NCBI GenBank assembly: GCA_973895155.1 | Contig: OZ316893.1 | Span: 12,602,359-12,666,358, forward strand | Origin: Marsupella aquatica | Lineage: Eukaryota; Plantae; Marchantiophyta | Direction of reading: 5' to 3' | Length of the DNA stretch: 64,000 bases | Shown: piece after piece, positions 52,402 to 64,000 of the stretch | How the letters are laid out: every line of letters starts with the position of its first letter | How positions within the stretch are numbered: position 1 is the first letter of the stretch | Notes under the pieces: generated by a model | Database searches by the model: none | What the model was told of the DNA's origin: nothing | What the model saw: the letters and a program-made list of their open reading frames with translations, nothing else | Made by a program: the position numbers and the translations under genes

Positions 52402-54248
52402 ATCTGCTTGCCTGCCGGCAATCGATTTATGTCACTTGGGAGAGCAAGACAGTCCTTCGATATTACCGGACGTAGGCTTCAGAGGATTAATGAATGTGCT
52501 CTGTGGGCTCTGCGCGGTCAAGCCAGCAAACTAAAATACTTGTCAAGATGGGCACCCCGGGAAGCACAACGCATTCAATGACGCGTCGATCTGCACCCGG
52601 GCAGGGTGTCAAGAAATTTAGCTTGAAAGATCTACAAAATTCAGGGAGAAAGGCACTGTTACAGTGTCCGTACTTCTGCCCGCGCCCTGAATAAAGATCT
52701 CCCACAGTGCTTCCATTCTTTTGTCCACTTTGAAAGCGACGAGGACAGACTACTAGTACTTACAAGTACTGAGAGCCATTGACTTTCCACTGGTAGACGC
52801 TAGAAGATTGAAGATTGAAGGAGCTAGGGTTCAACTCAGCCGTTGTCTCGGGTTAAAGGAGAAGATGCTAAGAATATTCTTCACCATTAGATTAATTACA
52901 TATGGCTATGTCATCTCCCTAGATTTAAAGATTAGCTCCAGATTCTGGCTAATGGGGTCGGTGGGCTAGGCCCGGGGCTAGGTGTTAATGTCGCTAATGG
53001 AAGAGAACAAACCAAGTAAATTTTGGCCAAAAAGTGGCGGCGACTCTCCACTGAGGTGGAATCTAACAAATTTTAGCCACGAGAGAAGAAAACGCTAGTT
53101 CAACTTCGTCTATATTACAACCAAGGACGAGTTCACGAGATGACTTGCTTTATAGAGTGCGAAGTTCAAGACTTAGGTGTCAGTCTCACCCAGCTCCACG
53201 GAGTCAAAGACAATGCCGAACTAGGGCATAAACATCGAGATTTCATGCGCTGACTGACAATGACAACTCGCTAGGAAGACAAACCCACTTCTCGTAAACA
53301 AAATAATGCTGTCTTTTCCTTCGATACAATCTGAAGAAAAGTCCCTGTCTTCAAAACCAGCGTGTCGACGGTACTCGCTCCTCATTCTTGTGCTACATGT
53401 ACAAATTTCTTTCGCAGCATTGAACTAACACTTTAGAGTCGCCACCAGAACTGGTCTAGCTTGACTTCCTTCTGCACTTGAAAGAATCATTCTAGCTCTC
53501 AAGCAGGGAAGTTAGCAGTACCCAATTTAAAGCCCAAAAGACAATTTGGCCTAGGTTTTGAGAGTCGGCTTATTCCTTCCTTATATCGAGTGACGTCGAG
53601 GACGAGAATCCGGGTAAGGTTCTGGATGAAGTTTGGAAATAATCTGAGAAGCGCCTTCAGGGTCCAATGCCTTTAATTGGCAATTGGGTTCTTTTCCTCA
53701 TTCTCCATGCTCAATTAATTCCAACACGACTACAAGTGCGGAATGCAAGTCAAATTTGTCCCACTAAAATTCAGGTCCCGATAAAGGTAAGGAAAAATAA
53801 GTTTCAATGTCCCAATTAAACCTGCTCGAAAAATTCCAAATATGAGAGTAGAAAATTTGTCTCTACAGTCATCGACACCTTTGGTCCCGTTGATACAAAA
53901 TAGGAACGACAAGTGTGTCTGGCTAGGATGCCTATTTTATCCAAGGCATATTTGCGTTCAAGTGAGCATCGTTGTCGTGTTGTGAGATCTGATGATTGAC
54001 TTGGCTTCCAAGGTTCTCATGATTGACTTTTGTCAATGAATATTTCATGTGGTCTTCCATCGTGCCAGCCCGCCTGCCATTGAAACTTAGTTTTACGTCT
54101 CTAGATACTAATTACTTCTTTCGTTGACGGGGCACTGCTTCTTGTTTTCGCGACATCGTGTGCTCTTTACTTTTGTCATCAGCGTAACCAAGCATATTTA
54201 CCCGCACTAGAAGTAGAAGTGTCCTACGGATGACCTCTACACATGAGA

Positions 54249-55090
54249 AATTAGTTAGTGGACCCCTTGGCTAATAAAATAGGGGAAGAGTCGATCTGAG
54301 CTGTCTCCATTTTTTATCTCCGGAAATCTCGTCTGTCCATCATAATGACCAATCTATGGCTCAAAAGAAAGATCTCAAATAAATCTATGGATGGGTTCTG
54401 TCCGTTTTGCAAATGGGTTAATATTTTTCAAATGAAAAATTAAATAAATCCAAGCTTTCCTAGTCGTCGATTTTGTTAATTTTACAATCTTTGCCGTCCA
54501 TTTTGTAATGCCTCTAGAAATCTTATTCATCCATGTTAGAAGGCGATCTAGGGTGCAAAAGAAAGATCTCAATGAGATCTACGAGTGGGTATTTTTTGTT
54601 TTGAGAATTAGTAAATAGTTTTGAGTATAAAATTCGATGAACTTTCAAGATTCCAGCCATTCCTCCTCCCCGATCCTGGATTTCTATGTGCTCTTTCCAG
54701 CATTAATGGCCCTACAATACGAGAGGTCCTTATATACCGGGAGTTATGGTTTAACAAAGAAGTTATCAAATTAGTTATTAGTCATTATTTATTATATGAA
54801 AAATACTTTTTATAAATCTTTGAATTTAAGTTTTAAAATTGGAAATGTAACTAAAACGGTTATATAGTGACAGTTTTAACCGTCTTGCTCTTTGCATTTC
54901 CAATGTTTTTACTTTTCTTTTTATGGCACGGCGTCCCAAAATTTACACCCAAATTGACACAAACACGAATGAAAATTATAAGTTTGATTCACAAAACCAA
55001 AAAATCTTGTTTGTTGTGGTCGTTATTGATGTGGCACGCTGTGATGCCAGAAATTTTGAAAGGGACCTCTAGTGGGGTCCGTAATTAATT
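54249..55090. mobile_element. Non-autonomous TIR element, copy 2 (MITE-like, ~840 bp)
   Basis: Imperfect TIRs AATTAGTTAGTGGACCCC and GGGGTCCGTAATTAATT. The right ~320 bp is shared with the copy at 43653-44248. Confidence 0.65.
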
Positions 55091-57090
55091 AACTGGTCTC
55101 TTTAAATGTATATATATATATATATGGCACTTGGCCCCACCGGAATGTTATTTCTAAACGTAGACTTGTTCCCACCGACTCTTTCACGCAGTGAGCATTT
55201 CATCCCGCCCAAGCAGAGTTTTGACTGAAGAATTTCAGCTCCTGAAGTCGAAATTCGGCTAAATTTAGGGAGACAAAACTGTCCCAACAACTATAGTCGT
55301 TCACCTACAACTAGATGTGCTGTACGTCATAGTGCCAACATGACCGACAAGATTGTAGAGTGAACAACGATTCAGTGGCCTGTTCGAACTATATGATGCC
55401 AGTCTGAATGGGACTCCAGAGAGAGATATATCCCGTCCCAGTCTTGCTACATATATTTATTACGATGATGTCAACAATACAATCTATGCTGAATAGGGTC
55501 AGATTATGTGTCGTTTGCAGTTCTAATTTGTCAGTATATATGATGCTCTACAAGGAGAGCCATCTGTTGGAGCTTCTCAACTTTCTCCTTAATCTGTGCT
55601 CAGCGGTTATAGTAATAGTTGCGGCATGCTTAAGGTTCAGGTTCAGGGCTAACGGCAGATGAGACTTTCATTACTGTCGTATCCGTCACAGGAATATAGC
55701 ACGTCACAAAGAAGAAAAATAAGAAGCGAGCTTTCTGGACCAGCTGGTTCAACGTCCAAGTTGTGCATAAGTTGCAATTCAATATATGCAGTAACGAAAG
55801 AAGCTAGTTGGGAAACTATGCTCTCATGCGCAGAGGATCGCATACGGCAGGTGTATTAGACTCGCTAATCGCTTCCCTGTGATTCGTGAAAGGCCCATTG
55901 AATACAATTTAGATAGCTAATTAATTATTGGCAGAGTAACACATACATTTTATATATGTACAACCACACTTGTCATATTGTAACGTACTTCCTTTTTAAG
56001 AATATGACCGAAGAAACGAAGATCCCGACGACGTGAAACTGTCTATGTTGCGAGGAGAATCAACCTTTGAAATGTCCTTCACCTCTGAAAAGACATGATT
56101 AAATCTTGTTTTTTAAGACAGTATTACTATTATTCATTTGGTAGACATATATGCAGGGACATACAGTCGTCTCAATTCCCAGAACGATACAGAAAGTGTG
56201 AAACAATCATCATGGAGCATAATACTTCAAGTCAAACCGGGCATGAGAACCCCAACTTAAATATATGGAAGTTGACACAAACACCAATGAACATTTGGTT
56301 TTGCTTTATAAGCCGGATCTGAGTAACTTATGTAAACTTCCATAAAGTGGAATATGGTTATATGAAGTTAAACCACAACTCGGGGTATATAAGGACCCCG
56401 AGCCCTGCCCCCCGCTCGTGCCACTCTGCCCGTTGGGTCAGAGTGTCGTTCAAACCCGAGGGACTAACCGGGGTCAGCAGGGCCGTTCCCCCTTCCCTCC
56501 CACCAGCCCTAGAGCGCGAAAAGCTGCCCCTATGAGCTGCTGGCCTCCTGCGAGCTGCTGGCCTCCTCTCGCACTCCTCCCTCCAAGCTTTTGGCTGCCA
56601 TAGCCCTGTTCGCCTTGCCCATGCTCGCACTCCTCCCTTCAAGCTTTTGGCTGCCATAGCCAGCCACAGTGTACCCATGCTCGTTGCGCATCGGCTGCCC
56701 CTAGTTGTTGTTGCCACTGAATCGATTTGTTGCTGAAGCTGCTTCATGAAACTCGCTGCTTCTTCAAGTCGCTGCTGTTGAGGCTGTTGCTACTGAGGCT
56801 CGCTACTGCCTCCCAGCTGAATGTGTGGCCTCCTTCCTTCAAGCATACGGCTGCCATAGCCAGCCACTGACTGCCTCTGCTCGCTGCGCCCTCGGCTGCC
56901 TCTGCTCGCTCCGCCCTCGGCTGCCGCTGCTTGCTATTCTGCTGAGTCGATTTGGTGTTTGATCTCGCTGCTGAATCGATTTGTTGCTTCAACTCATTGC
57001 TTGAACTCGCTCACACCTCGTTGCTGTCTCCCTCCAAATCTGAAATTGCTCATACCTGGTGCATTATTGGCTGCTCCAACATTGGCTCCT

Positions 57091-57290
57091 GCAACATCAG
57101 CTGCTGCAAGCTTGAATAGCTTGATTTGCTCTCGACAGGGTGCTGCTGCGAGTTGCTGCAACATCAGCTGCTGCAAGCTTGAATAGCTTGATTTGCTCTC
57201 GACAGGGTGTTGCTGCGAGTTGCTGCAACATCAGCTGCTGGTAGTTGCTACAACATTGGCTGCTACAAGCTCGAATAGCTTGATCTGATC
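57091..57290. repeat. 67-bp tandem repeat (~3 copies) inside a GCT-rich low-complexity region
   Basis: GCAACATCAGCTGCTG recurs at 57091, 57158 and 57225. Confidence 0.85.
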
Positions 57291-58012
57291 TTCATAGGGT
57301 GCTGCTGGGAGGAAGGACCGGTTTTTGTTCGATTGAAGGCTGCCATAGGTTCATGAGCTGCCGGTCGGAGGACATACTTTTCTTGGAGGAGAGGCATCGG
57401 CTGCTGCTCAGCTCCTGCTCAGCTCGGTTGTTGAAGGACCGGAAGCTTCAATCAAGGCTGCTGCTCGGCCTACTCCTGTTGTTGCTTGACTGTTGCTGCT
57501 GGTCGGCTGCTTCTTGGTTGTTGCTGCTGCTCGGCTGCTGCTCGGCTGCTACTTCGCTGCTGCTCCACTGCCACAGCTAGAGCTTCATTTTTCCAGGGCC
57601 CTCTATTTCTGCTCGCTGCTGCTGGTTTTGAAGTCGCTACTCATGGCTGTGAGCTCACTTCTCCTCCGTTGCCATAGCAAAAGCTCCGTTTTGCCATAGT
57701 GCACAATATTGGCCCTGTTTGGTGCTCGCTGCTGCTCGGCTGCCGTACATAGCTACTGCCATTGCTGGAGCTACCTGGTTTGGTGATTGCTCGATGCTGC
57801 TTGTTCCTGTTGCAGCAAGAACTTGCTACTGCTCCTTGTTGCTGGTTTGTTATTATTTCAGATCGATTCTCGTTTGGCCAAGCAAAGCTTTTCGTGGCGG
57901 AGGCTTCAATTTTGTTGGCATTCAATATACAATCGTGAATGTGGTACATTTGATAAAATTCTGAAGCTTTGGGGATATTGAATTTCTCACTCTAATTTCT
58001 CACGGCAAGAAG

Positions 58013-58411
58013 ATGGCACCAGTTAGAAAGTTGAAAGTCATGTTCACTGAACATGCAGATGGAGTTTACAAATTGTCTTGGCAGGATCCAAATCATGTTG
58101 AGGGTTCTCCGCCCACTGTTCGGACTGTCACATTGCAAGAGGTCCAAACAGATTTTCCAGACTTTTGCAATGTAGTTAGACAATGTCATTCTGATCTCAA
58201 TCCAACAGTTGCGGTAGAACAATTCATCTTGTGTGCTGCATACACTTATGCAGAGACCGTCATGAGAAGAAAACGATTTCAGGTTTACACTCACTTGGCC
58301 TATGTGGCAGGCTTTGCCGATAGAACTAAGTTTCCTGAAGCAGTCGAAACTTGTGTGAAAGAAACTTGGCATGATGAAGGGGAGGAATTTGTAGGATTCC
58401 TCCCTAATTAG
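58013..58411 (+). CDS. KolX-like accessory protein of a Kolobok transposon
   Basis: C-terminal RKRFQVYTHLAYVAGFADRTKFPEAVETCVKETWHDEGEEFVGF resembles the KolX/P2X7-tail pattern R..AYR......G...R..LP.CV...IR..FP....Y.GF. It lies tail-to-tail with the transposase. Confidence 0.65.
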   Translation: MAPVRKLKVMFTEHADGVYKLSWQDPNHVEGSPPTVRTVTLQEVQTDFPDFCNVVRQCHSDLNPTVAVEQFILCAAYTYAETVMRRKRFQVYTHLAYVAGFADRTKFPEAVETCVKETWHDEGEEFVGFLPN

Positions 58412-59524
58412 TTAGAGACATTATGGTGCCAAAGTTGATGTTCTCCTTGCAATTTGCTACACTACTAATAAATGTTCTTGCAGAACAACTCCTGCTGGCT
58501 GGCAGCATAAGAGGTTCAATTCCTCTTGGGAGTACATTCTATAGCACAAAATGCCATTCATAGTCATTGCCAACCTTATGGAAGAGTATAACTGATACTG
58601 GTTGATGCATGACAGAGGTGCCAAATTCCCTTTGGGAGTCTTCACCTTATTGACATACTTCACTCTCCGAGTCATTCTGCATTTTTGCTTCAGTTTATTT
58701 CAATGTTCTTTTCTCCCCTTTCAAAAGGTGTTGAAATACATACACTCTATAGTTTTAGTGGTAACATCTCATACAAAAAAGGGAAACAACTCCAATTGTT
58801 TGTTTGGCCATGAAGAGTCTCCCAATGTCACATTTTCCACAAAACTAGGCAAAGAAAACCAATTATATTCCACAATTTAGGGGTTCTTTTGTTCGCTTTT
58901 TATTTAGTGGTGGCCAAGTTATAAACTGAGTCTAATTCATAGGACTTCAAAGCACAAACCCCCCCCCCCCCAAGCAAACCACAAATCAAGTAAAGACTCC
59001 TAACCATATAAGGCTGTTTGGCCATGATAGACAAAAACATGACATACAAGTCATTTTATATAAGTACAAAAACTTGACATAGCAGTCAACATAGTAACAT
59101 TGTATCCCTCCAGTCTGAGGATGGTAAACACTCGAAAATGGTTGGAACACTATGGGTGCCAGGTCTCGGCCCTTCTCATGGAAATTATCCCCTGCAACAT
59201 TGGTATGGAATAAATTAGCATAGAGGTAACATAAGAGATACCCTAAATTACAAGATCCATTCCACACTAGGTTTTCGAATGCAAAAAAATCCTGAACAAT
59301 TCTTCACTCACATGAGATATGTTAGCCGAGGTCTTATATGGAGGTCTCGCTCCATATGTACGCTGACTTTATCTGGACACAATACTTGGGTGGTACTATC
59401 TCCATAGGATGTCATGAAATCATCCTACAACAAAAACTCAGTACAATATATTAGAATTATCATGAACAAGCGCTATATCCTTACATTTCCTTGTACCAGT
59501 CAAATTTAGTCAGTATTTTTTACC

Positions 59525-62500
59525 TCATGGACATGACACTCCATAAATGCGCTCACTTGTAGCGTCCTTCCAACTAGTGGTCCGGTCCACCAATACTCTT
59601 GTTCGAGGAGGGCGCTCCCTGACAGCAGTATTCACGGGTGTGCGAGCATATACCTTCCAGACATGCCTTCTGATATTCTCGTTCCAATCCATGGCAGCAC
59701 AACACAAACGGGCCTCGTGACTGGCTGAGAAATGAATGCGCTTTGTCGCATATTTGCCCATCACGAAATGGTAAGTCTCTGACATGAAATTCTCCCGGGC
59801 CATGGTATAAAACCTCATCTTCTCGGGAGTAATGTATTTTTTCAGAAACTTCTGCATGGCCTTATGAGTCTCGCCACATACATGTACAAAAAAAAATCAA
59901 TAATAAGTCGTGCATAACATGCAATCTTGCTTACCTAACCAAGTCACATTTCACAACAGAATTACATAAGTCAACACAAATTTTACCATTCTCATAGTAA
60001 CGGTCAAGCTGGATGGCCCCAGGCTCCTCAAGATGCTGACATGGTCGATCAGAAAATCTCGCACATAATCTGTGATCGCCGGCCCAATGATCACCACAGT
60101 TACCCAACTCAAAGGCCAAGGATGCAGCATCTCCCCCACTGCATAGTGGACATTCCAATTACTTAGTCTTGTGAAATAATATGTAAGTTACCCATCCCAC
60201 ACTTAGTACACCTACAAATGTAAAACCTCAAAATTCACACCCTATCCAATATTATGCATACCTGCTCTTACATCGCCGACAACATACGTAGAACCATGTC
60301 TTCAACTTTGTGGCAATGTTGTGTTGAGACAGCTCTGGGTACTTGAGGCCACGTGTTGCAATATGTATCAGTTCTCTAGGTGGCAACCCACGCATGTCCC
60401 CAACTTTATGGACCAGTGCCTCCTTCCTAAGGGCAGAGTACCCTCTCACACCCCTAGCCTTCAACCAGTCCTGCAACTTCTTAGCCGTAACTGCTTGCAA
60501 CTCAGAACGGGATGCAGCTGTATCAATGTCAATGGTCACAGTGTAGGTGGCACTCACCATCTTCTCCACAAACTTCTTGATAAGGTTTTTGGCTTTATGC
60601 CACAAGTCTTTCTGGTTCCGCATTCCCATGTTCTCCACAATGTTATCAATAGTGGCCTTGTCGTCATGGATGACCTCAGTGATAGAGATCCCTGCCTCTC
60701 TCAAATTATCTAGTGCCCTTTGAGTACCCTTGTCCTCCATGTGCCAAGCATTTCTCTCTTCTCTCCTGGTAATTGTAACCATCTCAATTACCCTATTATC
60801 TTCAACATTGAGGAGAGAGGTGGTACCATGATAACCGCTCCTCGAAGAATCCCATCGAGTATCTAAGTACACCACTAATCCAGGGTCTGTCATTACAAAG
60901 CATACATACAAACTATGAGAACCAGATCAAACCAAAAAATTGGTAAGAAGAGCATGACCCTTGAGTACCCAAAAAAATCAAGTAGGATTTATAACGGTCA
61001 ATTACTTACCAGTGTTAGTTGCTCGGCTCTGCTCAATGTCATCCTTTAGCTGCTGCCACATATGACTTTTGTTTTCATTCCATTGTTGTTTTACACCTGC
61101 TATCCATCCACCCCGAGGACGTCCACGACCACTTTGAAAGTCGTGCCAATGAGCTGCAGTGGGAACATGTAAGCCAATGTGTGCTACAACAGCAGCCAAA
61201 GAGGTATAGGTGAGGCCTGCACAAAGGGTGGAATGATACAACTGGGGGGTAATCATAGGAGAAGACCTCCCAGGCTCATTCTCGCCTGTAATATAAGTCC
61301 AACCATGACCAACCTCCCCACATCCAATGTGAATTGACCAAAGTTGATGCAACTCGGTCACTCGCTCAACTCTTGGAGTCCTCAAACATCCATGTATATG
61401 ACATCGAGGTAGTAGCCTGTCCACAAAAGTAGCCACCAGGTTGCGATCAAAAAATGCAATTGTAGCTGGAAGACGAGGTGCTGCTCTACGAGTCGGTTGT
61501 GTGTCCGGAGATCCTGTAGGCTGAGAGTCAGGAACTAGAGAAGGCAAAGGGTCAACGGTTGGAGCCGCTCCTGTAGGTTGAGAGTCAGGGACAATGGATG
61601 GCTCCTGGTACAAGAAACCCACAAACTTGGTGGTCAAACATTTTCTCTTTTGTTTATAATTATAAAAAAATGAACTTTGATACTAGAGTGGTGGAAGGAG
61701 AGGATTCATACTTGTAAGTCTCCCTCATCCACATTGATGTTTGCTCCTAAAGCCACAAGAGTATCTGGATCATCCTCGCGATATAATTCTTCATCTTCCG
61801 CATCCGAAGCATATTGCTCAGCAATGTCCTCCTCCAAGAGAATATCATCCAACACATGTGACTCCGTAGCATCCTGGACAATGTTATTGGAATCATAGAT
61901 GATACAAGAACTTTTGAAAATAATACATTTTTATTCTGGGAAGTGTCATAACACAGGTCTATGGTAATCCAAACCCTAAACATGACCCAATAAATAAAAT
62001 CATAGTTTAGAATAGTGTTTGGCATTATGTATGATAATCTTATGGTTTATAATCTGTGTAACCTAATTGTAGTGACCCTAATTTTATGGTTGGGTTTAGG
62101 GTATTATATTAGATAAGTTATATATGTGTGCCCTAAATATAGGTTATAAGGTGTACCCTAATTTCATGATTTAGTTTAGGGTATTATATTAGATAAGTTA
62201 TATATGTGTGCCCTAAATATAGGTTATAAGGTGTACCCTAATTTCATGGTTTGGTTTAGGGTATTATATTAGATAAGTTATATAAGTTAGATAAGTTATA
62301 TATATGTCAAAACTATGAGTACATGGAACTAATAACTATAAATGAGTAATTGAGAGAGTGTCCGCACCTGATATGGTCGTGAAGGCTGACCTGGATCCTG
62401 CTGAGCGGTGGGCGATGGTACTGCCTCAGGCGGAATTTGAGCTGCCTCCGCTTCTCGCCATGCCCGAAGCTCTTGAACCACGGGTCGCACTCGATCGAGC

Positions 62501-62733
62501 AGCCATGTCACAACGGTAGAGTGTGTTGTGTCTGGTCCAAGCAAGCCTCGGAGGTCCTCCCACTCATCCCACCGTTCAAGTGGGACCCGGATTTCTGGCT
62601 TGGCATCCGGTCTCCGTCTCTTCTTGTAATCTATATCATCACTCGGATAACGCTGTCTAGGTGGACCCCCTCCCCTTGGGCGACGTTTCCGCCTCCCATC
62701 TGGGAGATCCGGGGGCTGACCCCCGGTGTTCAT
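59525..62733 (-). CDS. Kolobok-type DDE transposase, six exons (possibly defective at the last acceptor)
   Basis: Exons 62733-62368, 61873-61712, 61604-61010, 60886-60262, 60138-59987 and ~59874-59525. Motifs LDTRWDSSRSGYHGT, MEDKG, EVIHDD, KDLWHKAK and SETYHFVMGKYATKRIHF...ARLCCAAMDWNEN follow the Kolobok transposase pattern. The last exon is preceded by TG rather than AG. Confidence 0.8.
62075..62300. repeat. 80-bp tandem repeat (~2.7 copies) in transposase intron 1
   Basis: ACCCTAATTT...TTTAGGGTATTATATTAGATAAGTTATATA recurs at 62075, 62155 and 62235. Confidence 0.9.
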
Positions 62734-62735
62734 AG

Positions 62736-62767
62736 AACCCTACCCTAACCCTAACCCTAACCTCTAA
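62736..62767 (-). repeat. Short telomere-like (TTAGGG)n run directly 5' of the transposase ATG
   Basis: The + strand reads AACCCTACCCTAACCCTAACCCTAACCTCTAA. Confidence 0.85.
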
Positions 62768-63096
62768 GAAAATACCCCTAACCTCTACAACAGAGACCGA
62801 ATGCCAAGCCAAACCCGGTAAAACAAAAAATAAATTGACAAAAATAAATGAATGGGCAAATCCAAAGGGAAAGAGAAGAGAAGAGAAAAGAAAAAGTACC
62901 TTGAGAAGTCAATTTGCAAATGAGGCATTGTGTACCCACATTGCCCCTTTTGCCCTCATGCCCCTCCTCCCCACTGCCTGGTACGTACACCTACTGAAAC
63001 CCTAGGAAGACCTTCAGGTGGCGGCTGTTTTATCTGTTTTGGCTCTATTTTGGCACCCCCATAGGGAGAGCAATCACGGATGCAAAACATGCACGG

Positions 63097-63169
63097 TTTC
63101 CACAGCAGGATTTGAACCTCGAACCTGCTGCTTGGGAGGCAGAAGCACTAACCAGTGAACCAAGAGGAC
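63097..63169 (-). pseudogene. Degenerate tRNA-like sequence (SINE head or pseudo-tRNA)
   Basis: The minus strand has an A-box-like TGGTTCACTGGTTAG, the arm CTGC-CTCCCAA-GCAG (CCC anticodon position) and B-box GGTTCAAATCC at tRNA spacing. The acceptor and T stems pair poorly. Confidence 0.5.
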
Positions 63170-64000
63170 TCTTCAGAGCATAGCTACTATCAACTATAAA
63201 TAAAGTCATCCGAAAGATAGCAATCCTAACCGGCCCAGGCGAGGCTCTTGTTGGACCTGCTATGGGCGGATGCCCGCACAGGTTTCTTCACCCGGTCGCC
63301 CGATAGTACTCCGGGCCACCTGTCCCTGCCCGACCTGCCCGAAAATTCAAATTTCAAATTTTTGGGCTTCCACCAATCACATTGCTTGGATAGTTTTTTT
63401 CATTTTTTTCACTCATTTTTCACTATTTCAAGATCTGGTTTTTCCTGAGACGTAGATCTAGGAGAGACCTCCATTTTGAGTCATAGATTGGCTCATTTGA
63501 CGAACGGACGAAAATGATCAGGCTCCTGATCGGAGGGCTGCGGAAGGGCGCTCGTCCGCGGACACCACAATCGCATTTTGGGAGTGACTACTCCGGGTCA
63601 CCCGGAGTATTTTATACAGTGAAAGGGTCAAAACAATGAGGTACACGAGGTTCATACAGTGGCATTATACCAGTATACGACAATGACGTAAAAGGAAAAG
63701 GCCAATTAAACTGAGGCAAAGTGACCTGAATCTGTTTAATTATCATTTATCCATTCGCCTCCCAACTTGTCTGCCACGCGCGGCTACCCCCTTCCCCATG
63801 AAACTTAATCCGCCTCTCCCCAGGATTTGTAGCTTAAGTTGTAGCAGTCTGCTCTTATCCGCCCCCACAACAGATTAGGTCCTTTCAGCGCTTCGAGAAC
63901 GCGGGGGAAGTGGGCGGAGGCTATAGCAAAAAAATCACTTTTTTCCTCTCACTCAAGCGTGCTTTTTGTTGAAAGGTCCGAGAAAGCGCAAAGGGACGGA

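Larger units (their letters stand above)
58013..62733. mobile_element. Kolobok-type DNA transposon core (termini not located)
   Basis: A DDE transposase (-) convergent with a KolX-like gene (+) is the two-gene layout of Kolobok. No convincing TTAA-flanked TIR pair was found; the right end may lie outside the window. Confidence 0.75.

Noticed and set aside
46045-52865. TTCTCCTTTAA (~46045) and TTAAAGGAGAA (~52854) as Kolobok-like termini
   Set aside because: They face outward rather than enclosing an element and do not bracket the transposase; probably chance.
63097-63169. Functional tRNA-Gly(CCC)
   Set aside because: The acceptor and T stems do not pair properly and the sequence is unlike plant tRNA-Gly; kept only as a tRNA-like relic.

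Overview
Eukaryotic, intron-rich land-plant genomic DNA. The plant-type MED15a and AP2/ERF genes indicate a land plant; a non-seed plant such as a bryophyte is my inference. Three host genes can be reconstructed: a 19-exon dipeptidyl peptidase III with the canonical HELLGH motif (8280-23846, +), a poly-Q Mediator subunit MED15 (30279-37965, +) and a single-exon RAP2.11/ERN-like AP2/ERF factor (50638-52401, -). The most striking feature is a ~6.0-kb element inside DPP3 intron 1 (9159-15196). It encodes a spliced Crypton/DUF3504-type tyrosine recombinase with no recognisable reverse transcriptase and is bounded by TTACG direct repeats. It carries an internal region complementary to the joined right+left ends (like a DIRS ICR), a 167-nt strand-biased terminal hairpin and a helically phased TGTCAG array. 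Together these suggest recombination on a folded single strand. The right part of the window holds a Kolobok-type DNA transposon (spliced DDE transposase plus convergent KolX). There are also two copies of a small TIR element, a probable solo LTR, a tRNA-like relic and many short tandem duplications. All gene models are manual splice reconstructions and family calls rest on remembered motifs; no database searches were run.
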